DNA of 64,000 nt from Ruditapes philippinarum (Eukaryota), in contig NW_026853744.1 in the NCBI RefSeq assembly GCF_026571515.1, positions 1 to 64,000 of the forward strand. The letters run 5' to 3'. Position 1 is the stretch's first letter, and each line of letters opens with the position of its first letter. The notes beneath the pieces are model-generated. The model had not been told where the DNA came from. It made no database searches and worked only from the letters and a program-made list of their open reading frames with translations. Shown here in pieces: positions 1-11,900 of this stretch. Both the position numbers and the translations under genes were made by a program.

Positions 1-110
1 TATCTTCATGAAAACCATCCTTGCAGTGGTGCGGAAATGTTATCGTAAATTTAACGAGGCAATCAACAAGGCAATTTTTTATAGCTTTATACCCTTTAAA
101 AAAGCGTTAA

Positions 111-416
111 AGGAACTCCATTGAGGTTTATTATATGTTGAGGGCTTGAAAAATCATTTTGAGATTTTTAGCACCATTTGATGATACCAATAACTTTTAA
201 ACTTGTCTCACTCACTCCAGTTTTTCCTGTGTGCAAACACAAAAAAAATGAAAAGCCTTTTAATGTTTTTAACTGAAGTCTGGCTAATAATCGCAAAGAA
301 AAAATGTTTTTCAATTTAATTTTCTGATTATATTTCTTAATTATCTTTTACAGTTACAATTTTGAGTGTCTCAGTTGATCATATTTTATATTTTCTTTGG
401 ACCTCAGTGAAACTCC
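111..416. mobile_element. MITE flanked by TTAA (Kolobok-like), family copy 1
   Basis: TTAA|AGGAACTCCATTGAGG ... CCTCAGTGAAACTCC|TTAA imperfect TIRs; related to copies at 19839-20145 and 26389-26730. Confidence 0.65.
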
Positions 417-561
417 TTAAAACTTTTAAAGAGATCATAGATGTAATTAAATTAAAATTGCTATAAGCAGAAAACCTTTAAATTTATGTAAAAAATATAC
501 ATGTAATGAACATTAAACCCTAACTCTTCAGAATTTGTGATATGGACCTGTCCATCTTCAA

Positions 562-1560
562 TTTTTGTGTCGCCTCTACGGATTAGTGGCGACATATAGG
601 GATCACTTCTCCGTCGTCTGTCTGTCCGTCTGTCCGTCCATCCGCACTCACAGGAGAGTAATTATGTGGCTAGAGGGACAATAGGTAACTGTTCTTTCTA
701 TTTGATGTCATTCATTCCATAATGCTTTTATGTGGCTATTTTCTTTTGTGTGGCTAAAAAGAACAATAGAGAGAACAATAGAGTAGCCACATAATTACTG
801 TCCTGTGAGAACGTCCGTCCGCCCTTCCGTCCGTCACAAAACTTATCCGGACCACTCCTCATGAACTACTGGTGCAATTTCATCCAAACTTTACAGGAAT
901 GATCAGTACCAAGTCTAGTTGTGCATATTGTCAGCATTTTCTGGTTCAATGATTTTTGTAAGAGTTATGGCCCTTTAATAATTTTTATTTTTAAAGTTTG
1001 TCCGGACTACTTCTCTTATACCACTAATGCAATTTCAATGAAACTTTACAGGATTGATCTGTAGCTCAAGTCCTTGCGCATATGCACAGGTTTTCCGGTT
1101 GAATGATTTTTGATTGAGTTATGGCCCTTTGACAAAAAGGTGTTTTTTTTCTGTGTGTTGCCAGATACACAAAAGTTTGTCCGGACTACTTCACTTAAAC
1201 TACTGGTGCAATTTCATCCAAACTTTACAGGAATGATCAGTACCAAGTCTAGTTGTGCATATTGTCAGCATTTTCTGGTTCAATGATTTTTGTCAGAGTT
1301 ATGGCCCTTTAATAATTTTTATTTTTAAAGTTTGTCCGGACTACTTCTCTTATACCACTAATGCAATTTCAATGAAACTTTACAGGATTGATCTGTAGCT
1401 CAAGTCCTTGCGCATATTGCACTGGTTCCGGTTGAATGATTTTTGGCCGAGTTACGGCCCTTGGATAAAAAGGTGTTTTTTTCTGTGTGTTGCCAGATAC
1501 ACAAAAGCTTGTCCGGACTACTCCTCATAAACTACTGGTGCAATTTTATCCAAACTTAAC
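562..1560 (-). mobile_element. Non-autonomous Helentron/HINE-like element with internal tandem repeats
   Basis: Terminal palindrome TGTCGCC...GGCGACA next to a T run, (GTCC/GTCT)n microsatellite, then alternating ~155 and ~178 bp units (tccggac motif at ~847, 1000, 1179, 1334, 1511) forming a ~333-bp higher-order repeat. Confidence 0.65.
647..809. mobile_element. 163-bp MITE inserted in the HINE microsatellite
   Basis: 26-bp TIRs CTCACAGGAGAGTAATTATGTGGCTA / TAGCCACATAATTACTGTCCTGTGAG (1 mismatch); no clear TSD. Confidence 0.7.
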
Positions 1561-2207
1561 AAAAAATGGTGAACAAACTATCTGTCATAGGTTGAAGATT
1601 GTGTCGGTATATGTGCAACAAATGTGCTTGAAAAATGGGAAAACATGCTTAAATAGTGCTTAAAAAGTCCTTGAATTTTGGCATTGGATTTCTGCACGAA
1701 CCCTGTTATAGAATCTGGTCACACTGCACATATATTCAGGCCAGCCTAGGTCTACACTGGTGGCAAGGACTAGTCACTTGGTTCCAGCTTAAGGGTTAAC
1801 ATTGTTAATATGATAATGAAATTTCAGTTGTTAATGTTGAAGAATACAAATTCTTTGTTACTGGTTCTTAGTTTATTTACCAAACACTAATCTTATTAAG
1901 AAGACTTTCAAATTTTTTTTATATATTTTTACAACATTTTGAATCAATGAAATAAAATTTTCATCATGATTTTCTGTGTTTGTGCTCATTATTTACTGGT
2001 TTGCTTGGAAGAAAAAGTTTAGCGACTATGATCGCTATAGTGTGATTTGTTGACATGTAAATACTTTCATGTAGCCCATTATTCAAACATTTTAAGAGTT
2101 ATCAATATGAAACATGTTATATACTTGCATATCTTGACAAGTTATAGTTGTTAGACAAGGGAAATAATTCTGAAAACTATAATGATTTGAGTTGACTGTT
2201 GAGTCCA

Positions 2208-3003
2208 TTTTTAGCTCGAATATACGTAGTATATGGAGAGCTGTCCGTGTCCAGATTTTAGATTAAAGTTTTGGTGCAGTAAAATATTTTTCACTGTAAC
2301 CTTTTCATTTCTTAAGGTATCAACTTCAAATATATGTTCCTTATCATCAACCACATCTTATGTGACAAGGTTCATAACTTTAGTACCAATATTTTAGGAT
2401 TTATCTCCCCTTGAACTTAGAATTTTCCTATAACAATACTATTTTTACTGTTACTTCTTTATTTCTTAAATCCATGTTCCTTATAATTAACCACATGTTA
2501 TGTGACAAGGTTCATAACTATAGCACCAATTTTTCAAGAATCATCTCCCCATAAACTTGGATTTTTTACTGAAAAATGTTTTTTATAATAATTTCTTTAT
2601 TTTTAAAGGTATCTACCTCAAACTTCAATAACTTATTCTTTACCATCAATTACATTTTATGTGACAATGTTCATAACTCTTGAAGCAATATTTACAGATT
2701 TATCTCTCTTTGAACTTAAGATTTTCTTAAAGAAATATTATAACTTTTTTACTTTTTAAGTTATCTACTTCAAACTTCAGATATATATTTCTTATCATTA
2801 TACTCATGTTGTGTGACAAGGTTCATAACTCTAGCATGACTATTTCCAGAATTATTCCCCTTGATCTTGGAATTTATGTTAAATGTCATTTTTTTTACTA
2901 TAACTTAATACATAATTATACATAATTGATTTTTCTTTCATAGTTTTGTCCTTACCTGTGTCCAGTATTTTATTAGTCGAGCTTCGCTGTCTCAGCTCTT
3001 GTT
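2208..3003 (-). mobile_element. HINE-like element with ~150-bp internal repeats
   Basis: tttttagctcga... start, gtccgtgtcc, recurring tgtgacaaggttcataact at ~2360, 2500, 2660, 2811, ends tcgagc...gctcttgtt. Confidence 0.55.
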
Positions 3004-4589
3004 ACCTAGATTACTATATTAAATCATTTTATGGCTTTAATGAGTAAAATATAATGCATCATACACCTAAACGACAAAGATTTTGTGTAAAATATTTTAA
3101 ATTTACAGATTTTTACGTAAAACAGAACAAAATTTTACAAACTTCTGCAAAAAGCAAACAATCCGTTAAATTTGTGCATACGTCTGAAACGATCATCATT
3201 TTCTAAATGTTCTTGTTTGTTGAAAAAATAAATTTTGAGTTACAAAGGAAAGTTACATTAATATTTAAAAACAAGCAAAATAACATGTAGAAATTTTAAC
3301 TGAAACATGAAAAAAAATGTCATAAAACACCATTACCGCGATTTAAATGATGACTTACTGTTTTCAAAATGGTCAACATATGGTGTACGTCTGGCCCATT
3401 TATACTGATTTTGACTGAATATACCGTTGTTTACTTGTGTAATACAGCAGAAAATACCTGTATGTTACAGCTTATGACAATTATAGTACCATAAGTTTCA
3501 TGCGTTGTTTTCTTTCTTGTTTCAAAGCGTTAAGTACCTTGAACTAAGAGGAGCACGAGCACAATATACAAGAAAGGAAAAAACTTGAGATTGCATCCTA
3601 GCTGAAGACATGAAGTTAACCGGAACCTGACTTACGGGAATGACCAAACGCTACCGATTATGTACAAACACGTTAGTAAACATGCAGTTGACCGAAGCCT
3701 TAATATTGGGAAGGCCAAAGCACCAGCGGTTGTATCCGATATGGTTGAATATAGCAGTGATAATTTACGCTTGCTAATAATGGAAAGAGATGATAATTAA
3801 TTCAAAACAAGCGGATGTGCGTAGGTTTTTCAGTCAATGAATTCTTTGCAGTTTTTTGAAAAACTGCAAATAAACAGGATTTTTGTTATTTTGGTAGTAC
3901 CAATGTTTACTACACGGTAAGACAAACAGTACTTGATATTTTTTTTAAAATTTCAGAAATAGATTTACGGAAGTATTAAACACCGGTCATTTACCTTAAT
4001 AAAGTGACTCAAAACCATGGATGGTTATTGTGAAATGTACTAGAATGATAGACAAAAATGTGCTCGTTATACCTAATGCCTGGGAAATGCTATCATTTTC
4101 ATTTAAAAGAATTTACTTTTATTTTTCGTATCTTGTTACAGTTTCCAAATACATACTTATTTACCATATACGTGAACTATCTTTTGCATTATAGTATATT
4201 AAAATACTACATGCTTTGTTAACATTTTGCTACCTTCACGACCATTACTGCATATTCAGTCATTCTTTCTTCAGTTGTTAAACATTTAACATGCTCAAAA
4301 TCTATTATTTAATCATAATTAAACACACGTTTGACATTTCTAAATAATTAAAAGTATACAATCCTAACGCATAATGTGCCTTTAAACAAATGATATATTC
4401 ATGTATAAAAGGTTCTCATAATACTGTACGATTGTAATGTCGCTCGGGAAAGTTTATATTAAGACTATTGTCATTTTTTTATGAAATAAAGGAAATTTGC
4501 TGCAGTATAGATTCGTTATAACGATTATTACGAATATATAAAGATATAAAGAATATCATATAATTATGACAGATTCTATGATCGTATAT

Positions 4590-4800
4590 AAACGAGTGTT
4601 ACCCTCGCCGCTACGGTACCTCTGCTCTGGTATGTACAGAAGAAATCAGTTCCTTACGGAAGTGGAGGCAACTAGTACTGGTAAACTGCTTCACAGCCTT
4701 CCCAGGAAAGAAGCGGTGGCTGAACCGTGCTCTGATAAATTCAATGTTGCTTACTGTCGAGACCTGGAGTGAAAACTACCACCACCACCACGCCACTATA
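4590..4800 (+). mobile_element. Possible degenerate SINE remnant
   Basis: GC-richer island ending in a (CCA)n-like tail; no intact A/B boxes seen. Confidence 0.3.
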
Positions 4801-5782
4801 TAACATACGAAGGAATCGATTATACACATGTATTTGTACAATAGGAAGTTAGGATCATTTTTGATATGAAAACAAACAATTTAATTGGAAAGGTAAACTA
4901 GAGACATTTATTGCATATATAGCTTCATGGTTAAACCATGTATATATCCTTAAATTATCTTTTTATCAGTGACTGTCTATGTAAAATTCATGGAGGTTGT
5001 GGCATCAAATATGAAAATGTGTCAGATTTTCAGCATTTAAAATAATAAAAAAATATCACCTTACCACATAATAAATAAGTGTAATTCCGCTGATTAATTG
5101 CATGAATTCAAATGATATGTATGCTTCTCTATTTTTTTTATTTATTTTGCTCTTTTATGTTTGCTGTTTCAGAATCGCAGATGCTTGATAAACACTTATT
5201 ACGGGTTATTTCCTACAAAAATAGAAACATCACAATGAAAAAGGTCACTGCACGATTTAAACGCACAAACGTGATTTCTTCGAATGTTTATAGCAGATTT
5301 TCAAGCTATTTTGATCTAAGGAAAGACAGTCCTAGTCAAGGAGGCCAAATATAAACTCCACATACAAAAATAAAAAAAATATTTTGTACTCAATTTTTAC
5401 CGCCACTCCTGAAATATTTTTTATTTTCATACCACTTGATAAAGATAAATCTCGAAAAAAAAAATAATATTCTCTGTTCATTTAGATCTACTAGAGAAAA
5501 AAAATATTGCAATAATAAATATATCATTATTTACACACTTATTAAAAACATGAATATCCTCTTTTTATTTACTAGTTTAGAGAAAAAAAGTACATGTACA
5601 TGTATATTGCAATAAAAATTTATTCATTATTTACTAATTGTATTACTATCTAGTTAAATGTAACTTATATTTGATGAATACAGCAACTGAAACAAGTTAG
5701 ATAAACAATGGATATTTAAATAAACATCTAGTAAAGTAATAAAAAAAATTAGGCTTATAGCTGAATTATTATTATTTTGCGT

Positions 5783-5932
5783 TTACTTCGGTTTGCAGAA
5801 ACCTAAAATGTCGCAAAGAAAACGTCTCTTAAACCCATGTTTGTACTTGTAGGGTTGCATATACCACTGCTTTCTGGCCGTCTTATCATTGGGTTCCCAG
5901 ATAGATGACGGATTAATAAGTTTACACAATCG
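5783..5932 (-). CDS. SLC6 exon 14 (C-terminal tail, stop)
   Basis: catttcag|[49 protein letters not shown]; fits the SLC6 R..L..P...W.P tail pattern. Confidence 0.88.
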   Translation of the reverse strand, partial: RLCKLINPSSIWEPNDKTARKQWYMQPYKYKHGFKRRFLCDILGFCKPK

Positions 5933-8900
5933 CTGAAATGTAACAAAATTAATATTTGACTATTTTATTACAATGCTAAAACTGCTGTTAGGTTTGGAAA
6001 GTCTGAGAAAACTAAACATAAATATCAGTCATCCTAGTAAATGAGCAATCGCTCAAATGTAGAATTTTACTTTACACAATCGCTAAAATGGAGACATTTC
6101 TTAACACAACCGATGAAAAGAAGTCATTTACTAAACACAATCGCTCAAATGAAGACTTTTGCATGTACATTACACAATCGCTCAAATGAAGTCATATACT
6201 TTACACAATCGCTGAAATGAAGACTTATAATTGTACTTTACACAACCGCTGAACTGAAGACATAAACTTTAGCAATCGCTGAAATGAAGACACATACTTA
6301 AGCAATCGCTGAAATGAAGACATAATCTTTAGCAATCGATGAAATGAAGACTAATACTTTAGCAAACGCTGAAATGAACACATACACTTAAGCAATCGCT
6401 GAAATGAAGACTAATACTTTAGCAATCGCAGAAATGAAGACATAAACTTTACACAATCGCTGAAATGAAGACATATACTTTCGCAATCGCTGAAATGGAG
6501 ACATATACTTTACCAATCACTGAAATGAAGACATACACTTAAGCAATCGCTGAAATGAAGACTAATACTTTAGCAATCGCAGAAATGAAGACATAAACTT
6601 TACACAATCGCTGAAATGAAGACATATACTTTCGCAATCGCTGAAATGGAGACATATACTTTACCAATCGCTGAAATGAAGACATATACTTAAGCAATCG
6701 CTGAAATGAAGACATAATCTTTAGCAATCGCTGAAATGAAGACATATACTTTAGCAATCGCTGATATGAAGACACATACTTTCGCAATCGCTGAAAGGAA
6801 GACATAAACTTAAGCAATCGCTGAAATGAAGACATATACTTTCGCAATCGCTGAAATGGAGACATATACTGTAGCAATCGCTGAAATGAAGACATATACT
6901 TAAGCAATTGCTGAAATGAAGACATAATCTTTAGCAATCGCTGAAATGAAGACACATACTTTCGCAATCGCTGAAATGAAGACATACACCTAAGCAATCG
7001 CTGAAATGAAGACATATACTTTCGCAATCGCTGAAATGGAGACATATACTGTAGCAATCGCTGAAATGAAGACATATACTTAAGCAATCGCCGAAATGAA
7101 GACATAATCTTTAGCAATCGCTGAAGTGATATCATATAATTTCGCAATAGCTGAAAGGAAGACATATACTTTACAGAATCGCTGAAATGAAAACATATAC
7201 TTTAGCAATTGCTGAAATGAAGACATATACTTTACACAATCGCTCAAATGAAGACACATGCTTTACGAAATTGCTGGAATAAAGCAAATTTATTACACAA
7301 TCTATGAAATGAACACATAAACTTTACACAGTTGCTTAAATAATGATATATATACTTTATACAATCGCTAAAATAAAAGACAAATATTTTACGAAATAGC
7401 TGGAAGGAAGCAAAATCCTTACACGATCGCTGAAGTAAAGACATATATTCTTTACACGATCGCTGAAATGTAGACACATACTATACACGATCGGTGAAAT
7501 AAAAACATATACTTTACAATATCGATAAAATAAAAACATATACTTCACACGATCGGTGAAATAAAAACATATACTTTACAATATCGGTGAAATAAAAACA
7601 TATACTTTACACAATCGCTAAAATATTGAGATAAACATAATACATATACAAAACGGTTGCATATTTTTATGTAACCAGTATAATATAGAGAAAAATTTTA
7701 ATACCCTATGTCTAAATTTAAACAATCGTTGAGAATGTGAGATTTGATGCATTATTTTGCTATTGAAAATATAAACTTTAATTTGTACACCTTTTTTGTT
7801 AATAGAATTTACTCTTATAACCAAATTCTTTTTAAATATTAAAAATAAAACTTTCATAATTTTAAAAACAAAAATCTGCTACTATTCTTGGAATGCACTG
7901 GTTAATAAAAAATACGCACCCTCATTTAAAACTAAAATTTTAGGTTTTTTTTTTTTTCAAATGTCTCCAAATACATTAGTTTTAAGACAGACATAATTTT
8001 AACAGATATTAGTTCCACAAACATTATCGTATTTCAATGCTTAGAGTCTTGTCCCCATTCCCATCTCTTTCCGCCTCTTCTTTCCAAATTCAATAGAGAA
8101 ATGTTCAATATGCTGGCAGCCCAGTTAAATAAGGTAAACTTACTTGTTTCAGCGATCCCTGTGATACAATAACTTGATAATCAGCCATTAGAACAACAAC
8201 AGACATTGGTCCAAAGGCAAACAGGTTTCCAATGACAAGAGCGTGAGTTGGGTACTGATATTTATCTTTATCTAGATCAGGAACCGAGTAAGAACTTACT
8301 GCGGTGATCAGTATACCCTGAAAAACGAATATTCAAAGATTTTATTCAGAAAATAATTGGTCATATTTTCGTTTTTTTTTTTCTTCATCGTACTTTCAAC
8401 TTTCATTACCGTGGCTTTGACTTTTCACCATCGCACTTTCGACTTATTATAATCGTACCTTCGACTTTCCAGTAGCGAGTTCCGCATTTAAGCCATCGTA
8501 GTTTCGACTTTTTACCATACTATACCTTGTGGATTTACGCCTTTCTGTTAAACTGCGCTTTGAAAAGATGCCATTAGATTCTGAAGAAGGTGCGTATTTA
8601 AAGGGTTTTCCATCAATTAATCTATATATTTACGGTACGTTAAGGTTATACTTGATAGTTTAACATTTTAAACTATTGTTAAGATATAATTGGATGTACG
8701 GTACTATTTTACATACGGGTAGATGATAATGTCGTAGGATAAGAATTTATGTAAAATGTACACTGCCAAAATTTTGTTTGATGATTTTATAGTCCACTAC
8801 GGATTTCCTGGTAGGATTCATAGTGACCAGGGACAGAATTTTGAGTCGCATCTAATCAAAGAGCTCTGCAGTCTGGCTGGCATTGAGAAAACAAGAACAA

Positions 8901-11900
8901 CGCCTTACCATGCTATGGGGAACGGAATGGTCGAAAGATTTAATCAAACGTTACTCAAGATGCTTGGGACTCTAGAGGAGCATCAAAAGTCCGATTGGAA
9001 AGCCCATGTTCCGAGTCTGGTCCATGCATACAATGCAACCCGTCATGAAAGTGTCGGCTTCTCTCCGTACTTTCTTATGTTTGGACGTCATCCTAGACTC
9101 GCCATTGATGCTTTTCTAGGGTTACCTACTGATGGTCTTTCATCAAGCATCCATTCGGAGTATGTGATTAAACTTAACGACCGTCTCCGTTCCGCATATG
9201 CAAAGGCTCGAGAAACCGCTGTTAAAACATCTGCAACAAACAAGGCTTATTATGATCAAAAAGCTAGAAGTTCCGTTCTTCAACCTGGAGACCGAGTGCT
9301 AGTCCGTAACGTTTCAATACGTGGAAAACAAAAACTAGCAGACAAATGGGAACACAGTCCTTATATAGTTGTTAGTCAACCTCTTGAGGACATACCTGTT
9401 TACGAGGTTAAAAAGGAAGGTTCTCGTTTCAAGAAAACAAGAACTCTTCATAGAAACCTCCTTTTGCCATTTATGTCTATTTCAGATGTTCCAGTTGAAG
9501 ATAAACAAATGGAACTTGACATTGTAAATGACTCTGGTGATTTACAAACAGACGTAGATGTTACAGATGCAGAGCACGTTTCTGTTGAGAATGGTATGAA
9601 TCTGAATAATGATTGTTCTTTTTCTCATTCTGATATTTCTATTTCAGGTGAACATGATGATGATGAAATACAACCTGAACAGTCATCTAGACCAGTAAGG
9701 ACACGAAGGCAGCCAAATTGGATGTCGACAGGCGACTGGAAACTTTAGATTCAAATAAAATATTGATGACTCTTAATCCGTACGCTACTACATGTATATA
9801 AGTATGAGTTGTTATTTTGTTTTCTCTACTCGTATAACACCTATTTGATGTGATTCTCATGAATAATGTTAAAACTGATATTTTTCAGTGCAATGATATT
9901 ACTTACCTTTATCTAATGTGCTTCTATTTGCACCCTTAGGGATTTGATGGACTCGACTTATGTACAAATGTCAGATACTTACCATTAAATGATGTATACT
10001 TACCTTTTCTGGAGGTTATTCATGCAACTTAGCATCTTAAGAATGATTGTAGATCTTGTTGTCGTTGTCCAATAAGATGTTTTCTTTTTGTTTCATTGAA
10101 TTAAAATTAATGACAACTTATTTATTGTGTAATTACTCATTTGTAGACATCTACCAATGTTAGTAATACCAAATAGAGCGAATATAACACCTCTGGTGGA
10201 GTACTTGTAAATTTTGTAACCCACGTTTTGTACTTTTTGTTGTTAATTTTGTCATTTTACTTTTATAACATAAGTTTTATACTTAAGATATTAGTGAGTG
10301 TAATTTGTAATAATGGGAGACGTACAGAAAAGTCAGGAGCCTTTTTAACGAACCTGGAGGAGTATGTCGTAGGATAAGAATTTATGTAAAATGTACACTG
10401 CCTTATATTTTGTTAATCATTTCAAATAAAATATATTAACTGTATCTAAATGCGTTACATGTTATTTGACCCCTGATCCTATACCGTTATATCTCTCTAT
10501 ATTTCTATCATTCCTATCTCTCATTGTTACTAACCTGTCACCCGTAAACTTAATATGCTATGTTCGGGTATGTTGTGTGATGCTCCATTGCACTTCATAT
10601 TTGACCATTTCATGTTATAGTTGTATAATTATATTTATATTGTGTAAATATATTCTTTAATAAATATCTTGGATATTTCAGGTTAGTAATCTTTGAGAGT
10701 TATAATTTAAACTATAAAATTATTACAGAATGTCTTTATTGGTATATTTAAATAGGTTTTGATAAGTTACTTACAATACTTACCTGGAATACTTACCTAA
10801 TTGTACATGTAGTTATTACATACCTGTATCATACACTCAACCTTATGTTATAATTGTTAATGGCACTTCATATTTGACCATTTCATGTTATAGTTGTATA
10901 ATTATATTTATATTGTGTAAATATATTCTTTAATAAATATCTTGGATATTTCAGATATTTGCATTTGTTGTGTCTTGTGTCAGTCGATATATTACCCCAC
11001 CTATAATACAAGTAACTGCCGACTGGGTTACGTCGACAATAATATAACATTTTTAACATAGATATAAACAAACGGCTTTTATCACAATAATCCACACATG
11101 TTGCAATGAATACTTAAAATCTTTTTTGCGTAGCTTTTTCTCATGATTTATTAACAACTGTTGCAGAGTTATAAATTTATTGTGATTTATCGATACCATA
11201 GTTCGATAAACAACTGTCGGAGGGAGTCAAACCTCCATTGATTTAAAAATCTAAATAAAAAAGATAAAGAAACTTTTACCACGATAGTATTTAAATTATA
11301 CATTACCCCAATAAAAACCGGAATAACAAACACCCAAATAATTCTAAGAAGCAAAGATGGCCGAGTTCCTCGCATCATCTGTATGTCTGAACAAAATCTG
11401 TTAGCCCCTACAATAGATATACCGTAAATTGTTTTTATTATCAAATATAATTTTACATCAGACGAACATGTAAATAGAAATGTAAACCTTGAAATGAACA
11501 TTTTAGAGGTCTTTTCTGCTTCTTTTTTGGTACTTTGCCATTTTTGCATAAGTACTTGTTTTCGGGACAAATCCCCTTTTAACTAATCAGTAGCTGTCAA
11601 AATTAACCTTCTGTAACGATTTTAACGTACAATTCGTTTTTTAAATATCCGCCGTTTTTCACTGGTTATAATTACTTGAGGGCGTTTCCTTTAACAGAAT
11701 TACCCTGTATATATAACCTGAAACATGTCGTCAGCTTCATTAATACATTTTATCTAATTTTCTCGAGATTTTAAAAGTAATAAAAGAATGGCTGTCTAAC
11801 AGTTCTGGTCACTAACCAGACGCTGAGCTACTCGGCACAAAGGTCTGGTACAAAAGATACTATGATCGGTATTTTCAGGCTAAGATTTAATTACCATATA

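Larger units (their letters stand above)
513..1799. mobile_element. TTAA/CCC-terminated non-autonomous element (piggyBac-like MITE), interrupted by a Helentron-type insertion
   Basis: Starts ttaaaccct, ends agggttaa; 5' part (atggacctgtccatcttcaat) resembles the related remnant at ~46978-47140. Confidence 0.45.
8730..11038 (+). mobile_element. Internally deleted Ty3/Gypsy LTR retrotransposon in SLC6 intron 12 (antisense to host)
   Basis: TGTCG...CGACA termini; 4-bp TSD ATAA (8726-8729, 11039-11042); first 38 bp identical to the start of the 3' LTR at 10365; purine tract ggaggagta before the LTR; integrase ORF. Confidence 0.92.

Noticed and set aside
6539-7165. 208-aa repeat ORF as a stand-alone gene
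   Set aside because: An open frame is expected from a stop-free 30-bp unit; no promoter evidence. Considered only as a possible alternative SLC6 tail
6045-7620. CRISPR-like array
   Set aside because: Units are head-to-tail with no unique spacers, there are no cas genes, and the context is a eukaryotic intron
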